A program made the position numbers and the translations under genes. From NCBI GenBank assembly GCA_002633005.1, contig NMRA01000064.1, positions 248,001 through 312,000 of the forward strand: DNA of 64,000 nt. The letters run 5' to 3'. Under the pieces are notes generated by a model. It saw nothing but the letters and a program-made list of their open reading frames with translations, made no database searches and was not told the DNA's origin. Of the stretch, positions 26,901 to 38,200 are shown piece after piece; positions within the stretch are counted from its first letter, which is position 1; the number at the start of each line of letters is the position of its first letter. This DNA comes from Phoronis australis. Taxonomy: Eukaryota > Animalia > Phoronida.

Positions 26901-28900
26901 CCTCATGTCGTTTTTGACAATTTCATATTTGCTCCTTATTTAACAAGCATGTGTACTTGTATTGTAGGAAACTATGTCCATAACTTTCCCAAAATGCCAA
27001 AAGTAATTCTGAAAAATTGTGGGCATCTGCCTTAATGATAGAAATTACCAGGCCGCCTGTAATCTTTTCGGTTCTCATTACCGCAGTTGGAATATTACCG
27101 CCCATCTGTTGAGGTGTGTTTAACTTCGTGGTAGTGATACTCATTTGAAGCACCCATCCTTTGATTTTTTCCTTGTGAAATCAATAACGCGTTTAGTTCA
27201 AATCAGTCTACTCTCAATTGCAAGTCTTTCATTTGCTCTCTTATCCTGGGTAATCAGGTCAAGTGATTGTAGCTTCAAAGGCAGATCCTTCATTGTTCCA
27301 CTGTAATAAGGCAATGCTTGCATTAACTATCAAGTACCCTTGTACTAAACTGTAATTAGTATGGACGCTATGTATAATTGTCAACTTTCATGTATTTTTT
27401 GTCAAAATTCAATGTACACATGAGAGCTATTGTCAAAACATTAACTTTAAATTAAATTTAGCGAACCATTTATGTGTCAAATATGCAAGTTGTTAGGGAT
27501 AACGTCCAATTGATTTCAATAACTAAAACTAAAAAGGTATCCTTAGTTTAAATAATTTTTATTTACTCAACTCTAATCAGTTTCAAATGAATTTCAGTGC
27601 TCTAGCCATGCCTTTGTAGGGGTCTGTACTCTTTGGGGCGAGCAGCACCACATCACACGAGTGCGAGGCATCATTTAAGAGTACTTATACTTGACAAGCA
27701 ATGGCATGCTTTTGTGGGGCTTTTCAAAAAGACATTGGCTGTAATTGATGCTTGGGGAGCAATATTTTCATTAAGCAGTGCGCAGTTCAAGTGCAGAAAA
27801 GAATGTGCTAGGGGTTTTTCGCCCTTACTTGGCAAATTCTCATCATCCTTTTTCAACAAGTCTTGATTTCATGGATGGATGGATTAGCCATTTTGTTACT
27901 TTATGGTCTATGGCCGAGGGAACTGTGTCTCAGATTTTTGTTTTCCTTTAAACAATGGAGAGCTGTTGGCTGTCAAAATGAGGATTCTGGATGTTTTTTT
28001 TAAAGAGGGGCCTTGATATGATTGCTGACATCTACTGTTTAGAGCCCAGGGTAAATGGGGAATGTGAGATGTGGTTGCCTGTGTATTGACAAGAGTATGT
28101 AGTTCAAGTAGCAAAGTCGCCTGCAGTTTAAATTTTCTAAAACTTCAACAGACATTTTTTAATGTAGTAGTCTCTCTTTACAAGCCCAGGGTCACCATCT
28201 TGTCAAAATTCTACATCTTGGTGTGCTTATAAGCGCTTGGTTTCTGTACGTAGCATTTTGAAACCCATTTTCGAACCTTGGAGATTTTGTCAGTTTTATC
28301 AGGAAAGCCTACCTTCACAAGGGAGAGAAAATACTCTTGGTTAAAATGCCTAAATGGACTTGCATACAGCACCATCACAGAAATTTGTCATCGCCTTGCC
28401 CACTGTGAACTTTGTAGTACCTTCATATGTTATTAGGTGGCAGTAGGAGTCCTCAGTTCCACATGTTCGGTCATCATTGCTTTAAACAAGTCATTCATTT
28501 TTCAAGAATGCGACTTCAAGGAACGTTTTATTTTTACAATACCTTAATTTACAGCTTGTAAAAAGCCTTACAGTCTTGTCTTAGTGATCAAGAGCTTAGG
28601 AGAACATTATGTGCACATTTGGGGGAAAGTTATGAGACAGTGAAGATGGCTGAACGTATATCTGAGAGTTCTGTATGTTGTTAAGTGCCATGTTTTGAGC
28701 ACGTTTTTATCATATTGCTCACAGGAATGGTGACACCACCCAAAATTCGACCAGAGCCTGAAGGAATGGTAACAGAAGCCGAGTTGACTCAGGCTATAGA
28801 ACGGAAAGACTCAGATTTGGAGTGGGATGCAGATGACTTTGTCAGTGCAGATACAGCACAACTGGTGGATTCTGGGATAAAATGTGACGATGAGGGATGA
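11922..28900 (+). CDS. AP1AR: AP-1 complex-associated regulatory protein (Gadkin / gamma-BAR), 5'-partial
   Basis: Phase-consistent GT-AG exons: 11922-11970 (KYLRTRYSADTGFGIE), 13157-13177 (FENLMDE), 16446-16471, 18323-18419, 21395-21564 (EEEAYYEAQREAARVA), 24421-24512 (GEDDFEMFL), 25184-25285 (SMDLEWEHEQG), 26020-26079 (cassette), 28725-28900 (DLEWDADDFVSAD, stop). These match recalled human AP1AR motifs TIEFENL, EEEALYAAQREAARAA, EDDFE, SLDLEWEDEEG and GLEWENDFVSA. The exon carrying the start codon was not found. Confidence 0.9.
12905..12977. repeat. 18-bp tandem repeat x4
   Basis: GTACTGTGAGGTGCRTCT units. Confidence 0.85.
13430..14620 (+). mobile_element. Degenerate internally repetitive element (satellite-like / non-autonomous DNA TE)
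   Basis: Recurrent modules CC(T/C)CTAGTGG...TATCTC...GAT(T/G)TT.GTGAAATTTG at roughly 100-150 bp spacing; related modules in opposite orientation at 51340-52270. Confidence 0.6.
18449..18602. repeat. 52-bp tandem repeat x3 just downstream of an AP1AR donor
   Basis: TTAGTCCGTCATGCTCCGTAGTGCAGCGGGTAGCACACGTTTTGACTGAACA starting at 18449, 18501 and 18553. Confidence 0.92.
20010..20110 (+). mobile_element. tRNA-derived SINE head, degenerate
   Basis: A-box-like TGGCCTGGTGTG, B-box GGTTCAAATCC (20050-20060), then CCCTTGAG.CAGG resembling SINE core sequence; no complete cloverleaf. Confidence 0.5.
20730..21050 (-). mobile_element. Non-LTR retrotransposon (LINE) ORF2 C-terminal fragment with CCHC-like finger
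   Basis: RKILGQFQCSGHSLNIEKGKHIGIPRSERISGICCLGEIEDEPHFMWRCPVLGDLR matches the recalled LINE tail R..L...R.S.H.L.IE.GR...IPREERIC..C....IEDE.HF...CP....LR. Confidence 0.85.
22421..23012. mobile_element. Element with ~95-bp imperfect terminal inverted repeats
   Basis: GTCATACAATGGCTCAGTTGG...ACACAGCTTAACAAAGGGTTTATGG...TTATTGTTTTATT (22421-22515) is the reverse complement of AATAAAACAATGA...CCATAAACTCTTTGTTAGTAAGCTGTGT...CCAACTAGGGCATTTGTATGAC (22914-23012). Confidence 0.75.
23876..24166. mobile_element. MITE with long TIRs (PIF/Harbinger-like ends)
   Basis: Left GGGCTTGTTTCACAAAAGTGACTTTAAAGACTTAAG and right TTAAGTCTAAAGGCACTTTTCATGAAACA; related half-copies at ~39310-39400 and ~55075-55185. 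Confidence 0.65.
26258..26480. mobile_element. Palindromic (foldback) MITE
   Basis: AGACCACTTAGCGTTATGAAATTGG...GTGATTTCTAGGTTTG pairs with CAAAACCAAAAATCAC...CCATTTTATAACGGTAAGTGGTCT. Confidence 0.65.
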
Positions 28901-31900
28901 CTCCTGTGAGGTCTATTACAATAACACTTGCATAAGTTCGATGCAACCAAACCGCAATATTTCATCCAATTATGGTGGAGTCAGACTTTTGTGAAGGAAC
29001 CAGTGCACAAACTTCCATAACCATACAGGTGAACTTAGTCCTGAATTGAGCAAAAATCTGATGCATACTCGACTTGCGCGAGTTTTACTGTTATAGTTTC
29101 TGTGGAAGACATTGTGTTCCTGTGCAATTGAATGTTTCGTGTGTAAAGAAATACAGGTCCTTGTTATGACTAGCAATGCGTAACACAATCTTGATGGACT
29201 GTTCTTGAGTTACCAGCCCGGCTGAAATTACTGAACAAACCTCAAGTCTGTTTGGTGGACGATGTCCAATTTCACATCCATAAACATTTAACTGATAATG
29301 TTACGATAAGAGTTGAATCATTTTTTTGCTCATGACTGATTAGTCTACTCAAGTCGGTGATATTAGTGTGTCCAGTTTGTGATCTCTGAATTTGTTATGA
29401 TAACACCCAGGTCACTTTGTGGTATGGTAGTGCTACTGGTATAAAAATGGAAGTTTCGATGTAATGTGAGTTATCCCATATCTGCCAATTTTGTATTTGA
29501 ATGACGTATATTGTATTTTGGAAAGAAATTACACGTTTAGAAGCATCCATCAGTAGGCTCTTTCATGCAAATCTTTTTTGTGGGATAACTTGCAGTTTTC
29601 CCAAACATTTTCTGCTAGTGAAGACTGCTAATTTTTCCACAATTTTACATTCATTTAAGATTCCGAAAAAGTAACAGCAAAAAGACACACTAACAGGTTT
29701 TGTGAGGGACATTTTGGTTTTGATTGAAGTACTGAGTGGTCATGTCAGCCATCAACATGGTAGAAAGTACGTCTTAAATTTTAGATTTGGTAGAATTTTT
29801 ATTTTGTGTTGCGGAAACTTAATTATGAATCTATTCTTCCAGACAATCGTCAACCAGGTACAATAGTGTCATTTTGAAACTTGTCGATCAGTTTGGAAGC
29901 TGTAATTATTGATCACTCCATGTTTGTATACAAAGTATGTAAGAGGCATAAGTGAGGAAACCTGTTATTGATCACTTTATAGTTGTATACATAGTGTGTA
30001 GGGGGCAGTGTGAGGCGATGTTCAATCACTAAGCTTCACTTTTGGTGGTGGATATTCCATAACTTGTAAATGATAGGTTTTTGTGAAAATTTCAGCAACC
30101 ACATTGATTATATAAACACTTTCACTCTTTATTAACTATCCAACATATCAAGTCAATAAGGAACTTCATTGCAGCATTCAAAGTATCTGAAAACAGGTGT
30201 TAAAACTACACGACAGGTTGGTGTCAAGGTGAATGACAATTATTGGGTGCTTAGTATGGGTTTAGCCAATCATTGTACAGTTCATTTGAAATGTAATATG
30301 TGGGTTAATTGTTGGCTCTTGTCATTGAAAAAACTAAGCTTTAAATAAGAGCTATAAAAGTATGGTATGGAATGACGATTTTGTATATATTAGGTGCAAA
30401 TTGTCTTGTATATACGAGTCTATTTTTCTATGAAACCTCGACTGAATTTGTTAACTGTAAATATTTAGCATATTTTGTAATCCAGAAAATCTCTACGTTG
30501 TCTCATTTGCTTTGAAATTGTTTGAAAGTATGGGCAGTGAAAAGGCTTAAAATGAAGTAGTTTTCTAAACAGACAAGACAACTTTGCAGATACTACCTGA
30601 TAAACAAGTAACAATTAAACACTAAATTGGCAAGTGGTTAAGTAGGATATCTATCAACTGTCAGTAAACTGAATAAGAGAGGGCGCCACTTAAAAACAAA
30701 TGGCATGTAGATTCAGTGACTGATTGCTCGTAGAACTTGCATTTTGGTATGGTGTTAACAATGCAACTTCAATTATGGAATGACAAATATTTGGTGGTGT
30801 GGCCACACCAGGCTTAGATGGTGTGTTGTATTTTCGTATATGGTCGTAATCAGTTTTACTATTTGTAATTGACATTTTCAAGTAGCAAATGCATCAGGAT
30901 TACAGTAATTCACATCAGTCTTCTGGAGACAACAACAAACAACTAATTGTGTTCACACTTTTCAATCACTTTGTGACGTCAGCCAATTCTCGAGTTGCAA
31001 CAGCGCCATCTATCTTGTCTGTTCGACTACTCTGTACATCTGTTGTTCAGAACTGCTGGTTGTTTGACAAACTTGTCCGTTTTTCAAAAGTAACCTTTTC
31101 GTTCATCAAGAAACCCATCTATTTGTCAACACAAACTTGTTCATTGGCCAAACAACCTGTCTCTTTACAAAACGTAACTTTTTCGTTCGATAATTAGCCT
31201 GGTTATTTGACAAAGTGTGACTCTTTAATCTTTTCGCTGCCCATAAGAAAGCCTGTGAAGACATTTTTTACCAGTATAAAATGGAATTGATGGGTGAACA
31301 CGCCACGATACATCACTGACAACTTGTAAGCATAATATTACCTACAAGTTCTAGCACAAGTTGATCGCACTTTGGTTTAACGTTTCTGAAAATGCTGCAT
31401 CTCAATTTTGTTGGATACTTCAAAGCTGCCGTCTTCCACTGTCATATAGTACACGTGCCTTGGATTTCATTTCTTAGAAATCTCCAAAAAAATTATTATC
31501 AAAAGTACATAACACATACCATGTATTTATTTGTTTCGGCATATTAGAGGGTATTTTTTCTGTTTTGTTGGTTTATTTATATCTCTGTTATGTTGAGGCT
31601 TATTGCATTATTTATGTTAATATATGCTAGCTGCATTAAACTCCCATATTATAGTAAAGTGACTGCTGTGTACGGTAATTTTACAATAAAGCAAGTACAT
31701 TCAACAGCCTTCAAGTTTCATTCAGGTCATATGTGATAAATTAAAACTTAACAACAAAACGCAGTAGCTAGAATTGACTTTAAGAACAACCTTGTCCCGA
31801 CATACTTGATGAATTCTTATACGGCAGCTTCTAGCAGTTGTTATCCACATCATTTATGAGCGACTTATTTCAGACTTCTATTGTCAATTAGAATTGCTTC

Positions 31901-32208
31901 CTTGCCAGTAGTGGGCAGCAGATGTCCTTTTGCAGGTGCCATTGTTCTGTTTACATACTCCACTGTAGAGAAAACTACCATACCAGTGCTATGCTTGAAA
32001 AGGATATCTGATGTAAGAGGAATGTGCTCCAACAGTCTACATCTGAACACAACACCATGAATAGCACCCTGGGCCTACAACACATCCTTGCACTTAACAG
32101 GAGCTCTTGACTCAAAAGACATGCAGTGCAAGGTGTGGAACACTCGGTCGTTGTTAACTCCTGAGATGTACTAAACAGAACACGTTAACTTTGTATAGTA
32201 CACAAATG

Positions 32209-35200
32209 TTAATCCAGCTCGTCGTAAATGCCATCAAACGATGCTGATCTACTGCCGCTGTGTTTGTGCTGTGATCTGAAACTACCACCATGATTTGGTC
32301 TTGAGAAGCCACCAACACGAGCCTTGCTGAATTCATGCTCGTAACTGTCAAGAAACAATCACAAAGTTAGCAGCGGCAGGTCTTGATGACTTACAAGCAT
32401 GAGAGAAAACTGATAAAGATAACATTTCAAAATATCTCGCAATAGCTGTAAGCAGCATTATTCTGATCATACCATATAGCTTTACTTTATTATCTTCAAC
32501 TTTCTTGTTCTTAGGAAATTGAATTTAGATGTGATTGCTGAGCATACGGTTCAAGGTTGGTCACAATACGACTGTTTGTCAAACTGAATGGCATTAGTAG
32601 GCAGTTTAAACCATTGAGCGCAAAACAAATATATAACATACAGCACCTCACGATATAATGTTGATCTAGTAATAAAGGGCGTAAAGGTTCACCAGAAACG
32701 GAATGTTTCAGCAGTGTGCATTTTACTAGTTGGCATTTTCATCGAACACAAAACAACTTGGCTATAGCATGGACTATACGTGGCCTTCCACATACCTGCC
32801 ATGCCTATAATGGCTTCCACTATCTCTACCGCCATGTCTGCCCATGGACACTTCACTCTCGCCAGTCTTTAGCCTCATTATGACAGCAATGGCCGAAGCC
32901 AGCAGCTCACGCCCCCTATTGTCAGTCAGGTCCAACTTGTCCACTTGCTCCAGGTATTTGTCCCTGTCAGTCTCCCTCACATTCTCTATATTCCTCAATA
33001 TACCTTTGATCAGGTGAGCATCTAGTTGATCCTGATTAGGAGGAGACACATGTTCTAGTTTGACCAGTCTTTGAATCTGCAACAGAAATGATAATAACTG
33101 AATGGGTGACTTTAAATTTACTACGTTACACTAATGCAACAACTGCATGGATTCCAATAATCACATGGGACCATTAGACCACAGACACCCTGTAACAGAA
33201 CTGGAAAACTAACGACTAGCATGGCACACCTCGAAGAAAATCCCACTTTACACTATGTGATTGGTCGAATTTTTATTACAGTTGAAGGGTCATGGGTTCC
33301 AGCAAATCTTTAGCAAGTTATTATCAATGTAAGAACTCCATGACAAACGTCACAAAACAAACACCACAAAATACAATTTAGAGAGATACGTGTCAAGGAC
33401 CAGAAGCTTAGTTTTATTTACAACTCGAGACTACAATGAGCCATGCATATTTCACTGCAGAGTTGGAGGAATCTTACAAACCTAATGATAACTGACAATA
33501 TGCACTTGCATATGAGGGTGCAAGTAAAAAGGTCAATTTTGGTGATTTCTGTCCAAAATTGTAGATGGTAAGGTCACAATTCTGTTCAACAAGTTGATCA
33601 GTACAAATTACAACAAAAGAAGCACTATATTCTAGTACACCTTGCCAAGCTCCGTAGCACGCTACCATCTCCCTTGCAAGCCTTTAACTGTGAGAGACAA
33701 CGTGAACATATCTTACCTGTTGCATCATTCCCCTGTCCTCATAACTCCCATCATGTAGTGTTACAGCCAGCCCGTCCCTCCCAGCCCTGCCTGTGCGACC
33801 TGACCTATGAATGTAGAAGTCTACACCATTGCGGGGAGGGCCCACTGTAACAGAATGACCAAATTTTCAAGTTGAAGTTACAACAAATCTAGAAATCAAT
33901 GCCATCATACCAATGAAACACAAGACAAGAAAAGAAATATCATCAGTAATTGAGACTTGCGAGTAACTACATTCCTTCTGTTTGATTGTCACAGCATGTT
34001 AGCTTCACCTTCCAAAGCAGTATGTGCAGACAAGGGAATTCCAGGCAATTTAACCATTTCTATTCAAACAAAGGACAGCAATGCGATGTCTACTTTAGTA
34101 AAGCCCTACACTTATGAAGAAAATTAATGTTTTTTGCATCAGAATATCGTTTACATCAGCTTTCATAATTTTCCAGCAAACTCTAAGTGTTTTATTTTAC
34201 AGCTTTTAATGGTAATTTTCCAGCAAATACGTTCATAGTTGGTACAAGTGGACATTTAAGCTGGACACCAGCAACAAGCCTACCTTGAATGACCAGGTCT
34301 ACCTCAGGGATGTCCAGACCTCTGGCTGCCACGTCAGTAGCTACCAGAATATTCAATTTACCCAAACGGAATGCTGATAGAATCTGCTCTCTCTTTCTCT
34401 GTGTAAGGTCAGAGTTCAGCGCATCTGCCATCAGACCCATTCTTCGTAGCACCATCGCAGTGTGTGTGGTTTTGACTGAAATTGCACACATTCTGTAACA
34501 GGATTATTGTCTCCTGAGATAGAAGAAAATGTTGTCATCCCTCACGAGCGCCACCTACTTCGCACAGCCCCATCGTCCGTCACTAATTTAATGCCCCCCC
34601 CATTTAACTACCAATTCCTTGCCCCTCCTTTCTGCTGGTCGACATCACTTTCAATAACAGGGGTCACTATGGTAATAAAATATTTCTCACATGACCTGGA
34701 ACGTGTTACGACAAAACTGGCAAAGTAGAAATCCATACGCCTTACATTTTATCACCTGCAAAACACTAAAACAAGCAAACGCGCGCCAACCAAACAATGC
34801 CGGAATTCTGAGAAGGTTATGATTGACAAATCGTGTGTCGCAACTGTACGTACTGCCAGTCGGAAGGACATGCAAATAACTTCTTAGGTGGCGAATTCCA
34901 TATCCAAGTTCATTGAAAGTTTTAGACAGGACAAGTTTTTTGACAAGAAAGATTGTTTGTACGGTTCATGTGAGAAAAGAAATCCTACACTCGTCTCAGA
35001 TTTATGGCATTGGGCAAAATCTCTTGGAAACTTCCTCAAAATCCCTCGACAAGCCTCAGGATTTTGAAGAAATTTCCAAGAGGTTTTGCCCATGTCATCA
35101 ACCTATATACTAAATTCTCTTTGGTTAAATCGACATCCTTACTATGAAATTGTCACGAAACTTCAAGTTAGGAACAAGAGGGGCTTAATAGGGTTCCCAC

Positions 35201-38200
35201 TGACAAGCGTGGTGAAGTTTAAGGAAAAGCGCCTTTTGGCCAAATGTATATTGTCCTGATAATATGGCAAATGGACTCAGAATGCAGTCTTGAAATAAAA
35301 ATGAAACTGGAAATCAGACAATTCAGTTTTCCAGCTTACCTTTAGTTTCCATGAAGAGAATGCACCTCTCAGGTTGATGCTCATGAATCAATCCTTTGAT
35401 TACTTGTGTGTATGTTGCTGGGTTACATTTGATAGCCTACAAAAGGTAACAAATAATGTTAACACCTGTAATCAGCAGAGATCAACAAACTTGGACTTTT
35501 TTCAAACAAACAAAATTTTGCTCACATACATTTACTATTTTAATGCAATTATCTTTAGCAAAGCACCATTATCACTAAATTTACCAATAGTTGAAATATT
35601 CTTTGTAATAATGTAATAATCACACTATTACCATATGCTTGACTGAGTCTGGAGCTACCAACTTCTGACTGCCAGCTATGTCAACATACACTGGATCATT
35701 CATGTATCTACAAACCAATGGAAAATGACATCACCAAAAATCCTTTGCGACTTGCTCCAATCAGTAAATAAATAAGTTAATCATTTTTTAACATTTTTTT
35801 TATTTGAGGAGTAAACATATTTTAGTAGTCTAAAATCCTTCAAGCTTTGACAGTGAGAAATAGCACATCTTACAATTCTGTGACTGTTGATCACAAGTAA
35901 CATGTAAACACTTAAAGTATTGTTCCAATAATTCACACAAAACTGCAGGAACACACCATGCCAAGATTTTACAGCACTATGAGATGTCAAAATACTGATC
36001 GAGGTATATAAATTACGAGAAAAATAAAAACTGCATGGTAAAAGTTTAGAAATGGGAATCATTAGAGAGTATGACTAAAGTTAATAGCAGATGTAGTGAT
36101 AATTTTGTTAAAAGTCAAGCTCACCTTTTGGTCAAATGTACAATATCGGGAGGCATCGTAGCACTAAACAACATGACCTGTCTGCCCTCTGGTGACGAGT
36201 CTAACACATCTTGGATCTGCATCTACAAGAAACAAAACCATCCTTTTGGGCATTACAATCGACAGGTAAACTCAACGGTGATGTTTCAAACACTTGACAT
36301 AGCATTTGGCGAGGCAAATTCTGGAAACAATTGGCTTTGCTATCAACCAAATGAAACATGTCCATGGAAGCTAATGCAAAATTGTGCGGTCGTGTTTTAC
36401 ATTAACCCAAGAGCACAAGTGACCTAAGAAGTCAGTCTGTCCATTCATTAAAAGCAGACATCTTTTAGAATTTAACTTCAAACTGTAAGTCCAACTGATA
36501 GTACCGACAAACACACAGGTCACATCCACCATAGTTACAGTTGACTCACAAGGCCAAGGCCAATATGGCAGAAGTCCTTTGCAAGCGTACTACAGCAACG
36601 CATTCTCTTTGATGCGTTTTTGATCACATTTCACTGAAACTGTCACCATATAGAGCCACATTATCAAAATGGAAGCAAACAAACTGTTGTACCCAGTAAA
36701 TATCTATGATACAAAGCATCTGAGCCCAACACTGGAGAACTACTGACTGAACGTATTTACGTCTTCCACCAAACACGTTCTGCAAACCAATGAAATTTTG
36801 ATAACAAATACGAACATGATATGTTGCGATGCGATTTTATCAGAGATGTTACCAGAGAGAAACATTACAAATGATGTTGACTTGATAATGTTTCATACCT
36901 AGACTTCATGACCATGTGCCAAGTTACTGAACTGTGTGCAAACTAAAAACCGGAGTCACAACCGTTTTAGGCAAAACCTGAAAAAATCAGTAGAGTCCTA
37001 AAATCTTATAGTATTTGTTGAACCTTAACAAATTTTAGACTGAGTGTCTACGCTGAGAAAGGCATAATTCTGCATGAACAAATTCTAGCAGCAATGCAAC
37101 TGGTGGTTTGAAATATCCGTCACAGTCAATCTCAACTTCAATCTTACCTTAAAGTTTGGTGTCAACAATTCATCAGCTTCATCCAGACACAGAAATGTTA
37201 ACTCCTTCAGGTCCTGAAAACATAATACTTTTTCGGATGTTTCTTAACGATTTAATATAAACACCCAATCATCATATTTCAGTACGGAACCCCCAAAATA
37301 TTTTCAGAGCAGCCCAACATCAAAGCCACTTGCTAAGCAAAGCTAAACTAACAGAAACTATAACAAGATCACACTCTAAAAGCATGACGCTACATTGCAA
37401 GTACCATAAGAGACTTAAATGTTGGACAAAATCATTTTGTATTTCTTAAACGGCTGGGTAATCTCTAGAAACCACTGGAATGTGTTTCAAGATTGAACAG
37501 CATCTCACTTATTGTTCTCATATTAAGATGAACTCTGACTTTTAAGAAAGTAATTTATTTGTCATAGTAGGAAAGTTAGTGTTGCTGCATACTCACTAAA
37601 TTTCCTCTCTGTAAGTGATCATTCAACCTTCCTGGTGTGGCACACACCACGTCAATACCTCGCCTCATAGCAGACTCCTGCAATCAGTGCAAAACATCCT
37701 TAACAAAAATATTACCTGGGATGCCATTTGCAGTAAATTTCTTGCAAGAAAAGTGAGATAACACAAGAGTTCGCAATATAAGTCTTGCTTAAAAACATGA
37801 TTCCTTCAAATAGTCTTTAAAGATGTATATGCATTTTCCTATCAATGATAATGTATAGCAGGAACTAAACCACAATGATATTTGTTTCTTGCTAATTTGA
37901 CCAAGCTATCACAGAGATAAGGAATTAGCGTGCAAGTTCCACTTAAAGTCTTGGTTTTTGACAGCGCAGTGCTCAACTAAAATTAGTACCAATTCTGAGA
38001 AAAGGCATGATTTAAACACTTCCATGTAATTTTTTGCACAAAATAAGTTTCTGAGATTATCAAAGAGCTTACAATTAACATTTCAGAAGATATTTAAGAA
38101 TTTTATCCCTGGTTCTAAAAGTTGTCAGTTATTTAACTTAAACCACAATTAATCTAACCAATATCTTATAGGAACATGAAATCAAAGCGTACTCCAAATT

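Noticed and set aside
26900-28480. Short minus-strand ORFs in the last AP1AR intron as a nested gene or retroelement
   Set aside because: No recognisable domain motifs or consistent splice structure.
32774-32795. ORF-track stop at 32774 as the main helicase C-terminus
   Set aside because: A consensus donor at 32796 and an in-phase G/S/R-rich exon at 32344-32209 extend the protein; kept only as a possible minor isoform.
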